Of a DNA stretch of 32,000 nucleotides, positions 30,472-32,000 are shown piece after piece. A program made the position numbers and the translations under genes. Location of the stretch: contig CAZHYN010000011.1 of NCBI GenBank assembly GCA_964536865.1, forward strand, positions 1-32,000, written 5' to 3'. The notes beneath the pieces were generated by a model, which worked only from the letters and a program-made list of their open reading frames with translations, was not told where the DNA came from and did no database searches. Numbering within the stretch: position 1 is the first letter of the stretch; the number at the start of each line of letters is the position of its first letter. This DNA comes from an uncultured Planctomycetia bacterium (GTDB lineage Bacteria; Omnitrophota; Gorgyraeia; Duberdicusellales; 4484-171).

Positions 30472-31950
30472 ATGATTGTAAATCCTTCCTTAAGCGAATT
30501 TTTAAAACTTCCCCTGAAAAAGAATTTAGTTGTTTTCTCTTATAGGTTCCATTGCGACTGGCTTACTCCCCTTTCTATTTACTATAACTTAAGGGAATAT
30601 ATAAAAGGGGAGAGTTTCCTTCTCGAATCTGTTGAGGGAGAAGAAAAGATTTCTCGTTACTCCTTTTTAGGATTTAAGCCTCTGGCAGTGTTTATGAGTC
30701 AGAAGAATAATGTATGGTATACCTACCATGGTAAGAAGATAAGAAAGATCTTACAGAGAAAAGATCCTTTGGATGAATTGAAAAAGTTAATGTCTAAGTT
30801 TAAGGTATGGCCAAAAAAGAATTTAAGGTTCTTTGGGGGATTTGTGGGTTATTTAGGCTACGACTTTGTAAGATTCTGTGAACCGATAGGGGAAGAGCTA
30901 CCTGACAGGATTGGCACGCCTGATTGTTATTTTATTTTACCTAAATACTTGATTATATTTGACCATCTTAAGAGGGAGATTGAGATACTGTTGTTCTCTT
31001 CTCTAAGAGGTAAACCTACTCCCACCTTCTATTGGAAGGAATTAAAAGAGTTAAAAAAAATAGTAAAACGTATCTCTAGTTTTAAAGCATTACCATTACT
31101 TAATCTGCAAAAGAAGACCCATCTTAAGTTTAAGTCAAATTTCACTAAGAGAGATTTTATAAAAGCAGTAAAAAAAGTAAAAAAGTATATAAGAGAAGGA
31201 GAAATTATCCAAGTGGTTCTTTCTCAACGGTTAGAAATAGAGTTTAAAAAAGACCCTTTTCTGGCCTATCGCTATTTAAGACTACTTAATCCCTCTCCTT
31301 ATATGTACTATTTAGATTTTGGTAGACTAAAGATAGTAGGAGCTTCTCCAGAGATGCTCTTAAGATGTGAAAGGCAAGTTCTTACTACTCGTCCCATTGC
31401 AGGAACAAGAAGAAGAGGGAGGACTGAGGAAGAAGATAAGAGATTAGAAGGAGATTTGCTTTCTGATGCTAAAGAGAGAGCAGAACATTTAATGCTTGTA
31501 GACTTAGCAAGGAACGATTTAGGGAGAGTAGCTTCTTCAGGTAGTGTAGGAGTTCCTATCTTTATGAGTATAGAGAGATTTTCTCATGTCATGCATATTG
31601 TAAGTGAGGTACAAGCAGGATTAGATAGGAGATTTAATATCTTTGATGCATTGAAAGCTTGCTTTCCTGCGGGGACAGTTAGCGGTGCTCCCAAGGTTAG
31701 AGCTATGCAGATAATTAATGAATTAGAACCTGATAGGAGAGGAATTTACGCAGGATGCGTAGGATATTTTTCGTTTACAGGAGCCTTAGATACTTGTATA
31801 ATAATCCGCACCATTGTTTTCAAAGAAGGTCGTGCTTACGTTCAGGCAGGAGCAGGGATTGTCGCTGATTCTAAACCAGAAAGGGAGTTTAAAGAGATAC
31901 TCAATAAAGCTAAAGCCCAAATTTTAGCGTTGAGGATAGCCAATCAGTAG
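30472..31950 (+). CDS. trpE: Anthranilate synthase component I (chorismate-utilising enzyme family)
   Basis: [48 protein letters not shown], and RGIYAG.VGYF. Confidence 0.88.
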   Translation: MIVNPSLSEFLKLPLKKNLVVFSYRFHCDWLTPLSIYYNLREYIKGESFLLESVEGEEKISRYSFLGFKPLAVFMSQKNNVWYTYHGKKIRKILQRKDPLDELKKLMSKFKVWPKKNLRFFGGFVGYLGYDFVRFCEPIGEELPDRIGTPDCYFILPKYLIIFDHLKREIEILLFSSLRGKPTPTFYWKELKELKKIVKRISSFKALPLLNLQKKTHLKFKSNFTKRDFIKAVKKVKKYIREGEIIQVVLSQRLEIEFKKDPFLAYRYLRLLNPSPYMYYLDFGRLKIVGASPEMLLRCERQVLTTRPIAGTRRRGRTEEEDKRLEGDLLSDAKERAEHLMLVDLARNDLGRVASSGSVGVPIFMSIERFSHVMHIVSEVQAGLDRRFNIFDALKACFPAGTVSGAPKVRAMQIINELEPDRRGIYAGCVGYFSFTGALDTCIIIRTIVFKEGRAYVQAGAGIVADSKPEREFKEILNKAKAQILALRIANQ

Positions 31951-31966
31951 GAGCCAAGGAGGAGAT

Positions 31967-32000
31967 ATGCTAAAGATTAGGCTAAGGAAGCCAGGAAAGC
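31967..32000 (+). CDS. rpsP: Probable 5' end of 30S ribosomal protein S16 (truncated by the window edge)
   Basis: SD AAGGAGGAG at 31957-31965. MLKIRLRKPGK resembles the conserved S16 N-terminus (M.KIRL.R.G.K). Only 11 codons are visible. Confidence 0.4.
   Translation, partial: MLKIRLRKPGK

Noticed and set aside
1-32000. CRISPR arrays, toxin-antitoxin pairs, restriction-modification or other defence systems.
   Set aside because: I scanned the spacers and short ORFs. I found no regularly spaced direct repeats and no recognisable defence or TA gene motifs.

Overview
Visibly AT-rich bacterial window. Every gene I can support is on the + strand, and most are joined by overlapping start/stop codons. 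I see no CRISPR array, transposase or integrase.

(1) 1-17.8 kb: a corrinoid (B12) salvage and remodelling supercluster.
- A cobalamin riboswitch with a P6 extension precedes cobC-cobU-cobT-cobS-cbiB-cobD. Two unexpected PP-loop amidoligase-type genes follow in the same operon.
- A tandemly duplicated structured intergenic element comes next.
- Then cbiZ, a signal-less BtuF-like binder, two paralogous small radical-SAM genes, btuF-btuC-btuD and cobO.
- An unannotated 51-aa HTH ORF follows.
- A second, simpler cobalamin riboswitch drives btuB-exbB-exbD-tonB.

(2) 18-19.3 kb: a Fur-family regulator with palindromic boxes. It sits upstream of an internally duplicated His/Asp/Cys-motif membrane protein.

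(3) 19.5-29.2 kb: a thiol/redox cluster.
- Gene order: arsR-family regulator, def, a triple Trx-fold protein, a DUF59 protein, a TrxR-like flavoprotein, hdrA, a small CxxC Trx-fold protein, hdrC, hdrB, a SAM methyltransferase and a ferredoxin. An MBL-fold protein, an HD-domain gene with an apparent 3' frameshift, and trxA come after.
- The TrxR-like flavoprotein has lost both NADPH-binding motifs, and its stop overlaps the hdrA start.

(4) 29.3-32 kb: tRNA-Glu(CUC), a basic zinc-ribbon ORF, hisI, trpE and the first codons of a probable rpsP.

The two most interesting candidates for undescribed systems are:
- the TrxR-like/HdrA/Trx/HdrC/HdrB module;
- the non-canonical genes embedded in the B12 salvage operons (two amidoligase-type genes, a cytoplasmic BtuF-like protein and two radical-SAM proteins).

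All functional calls rest on motif recognition by eye. No database search was run.
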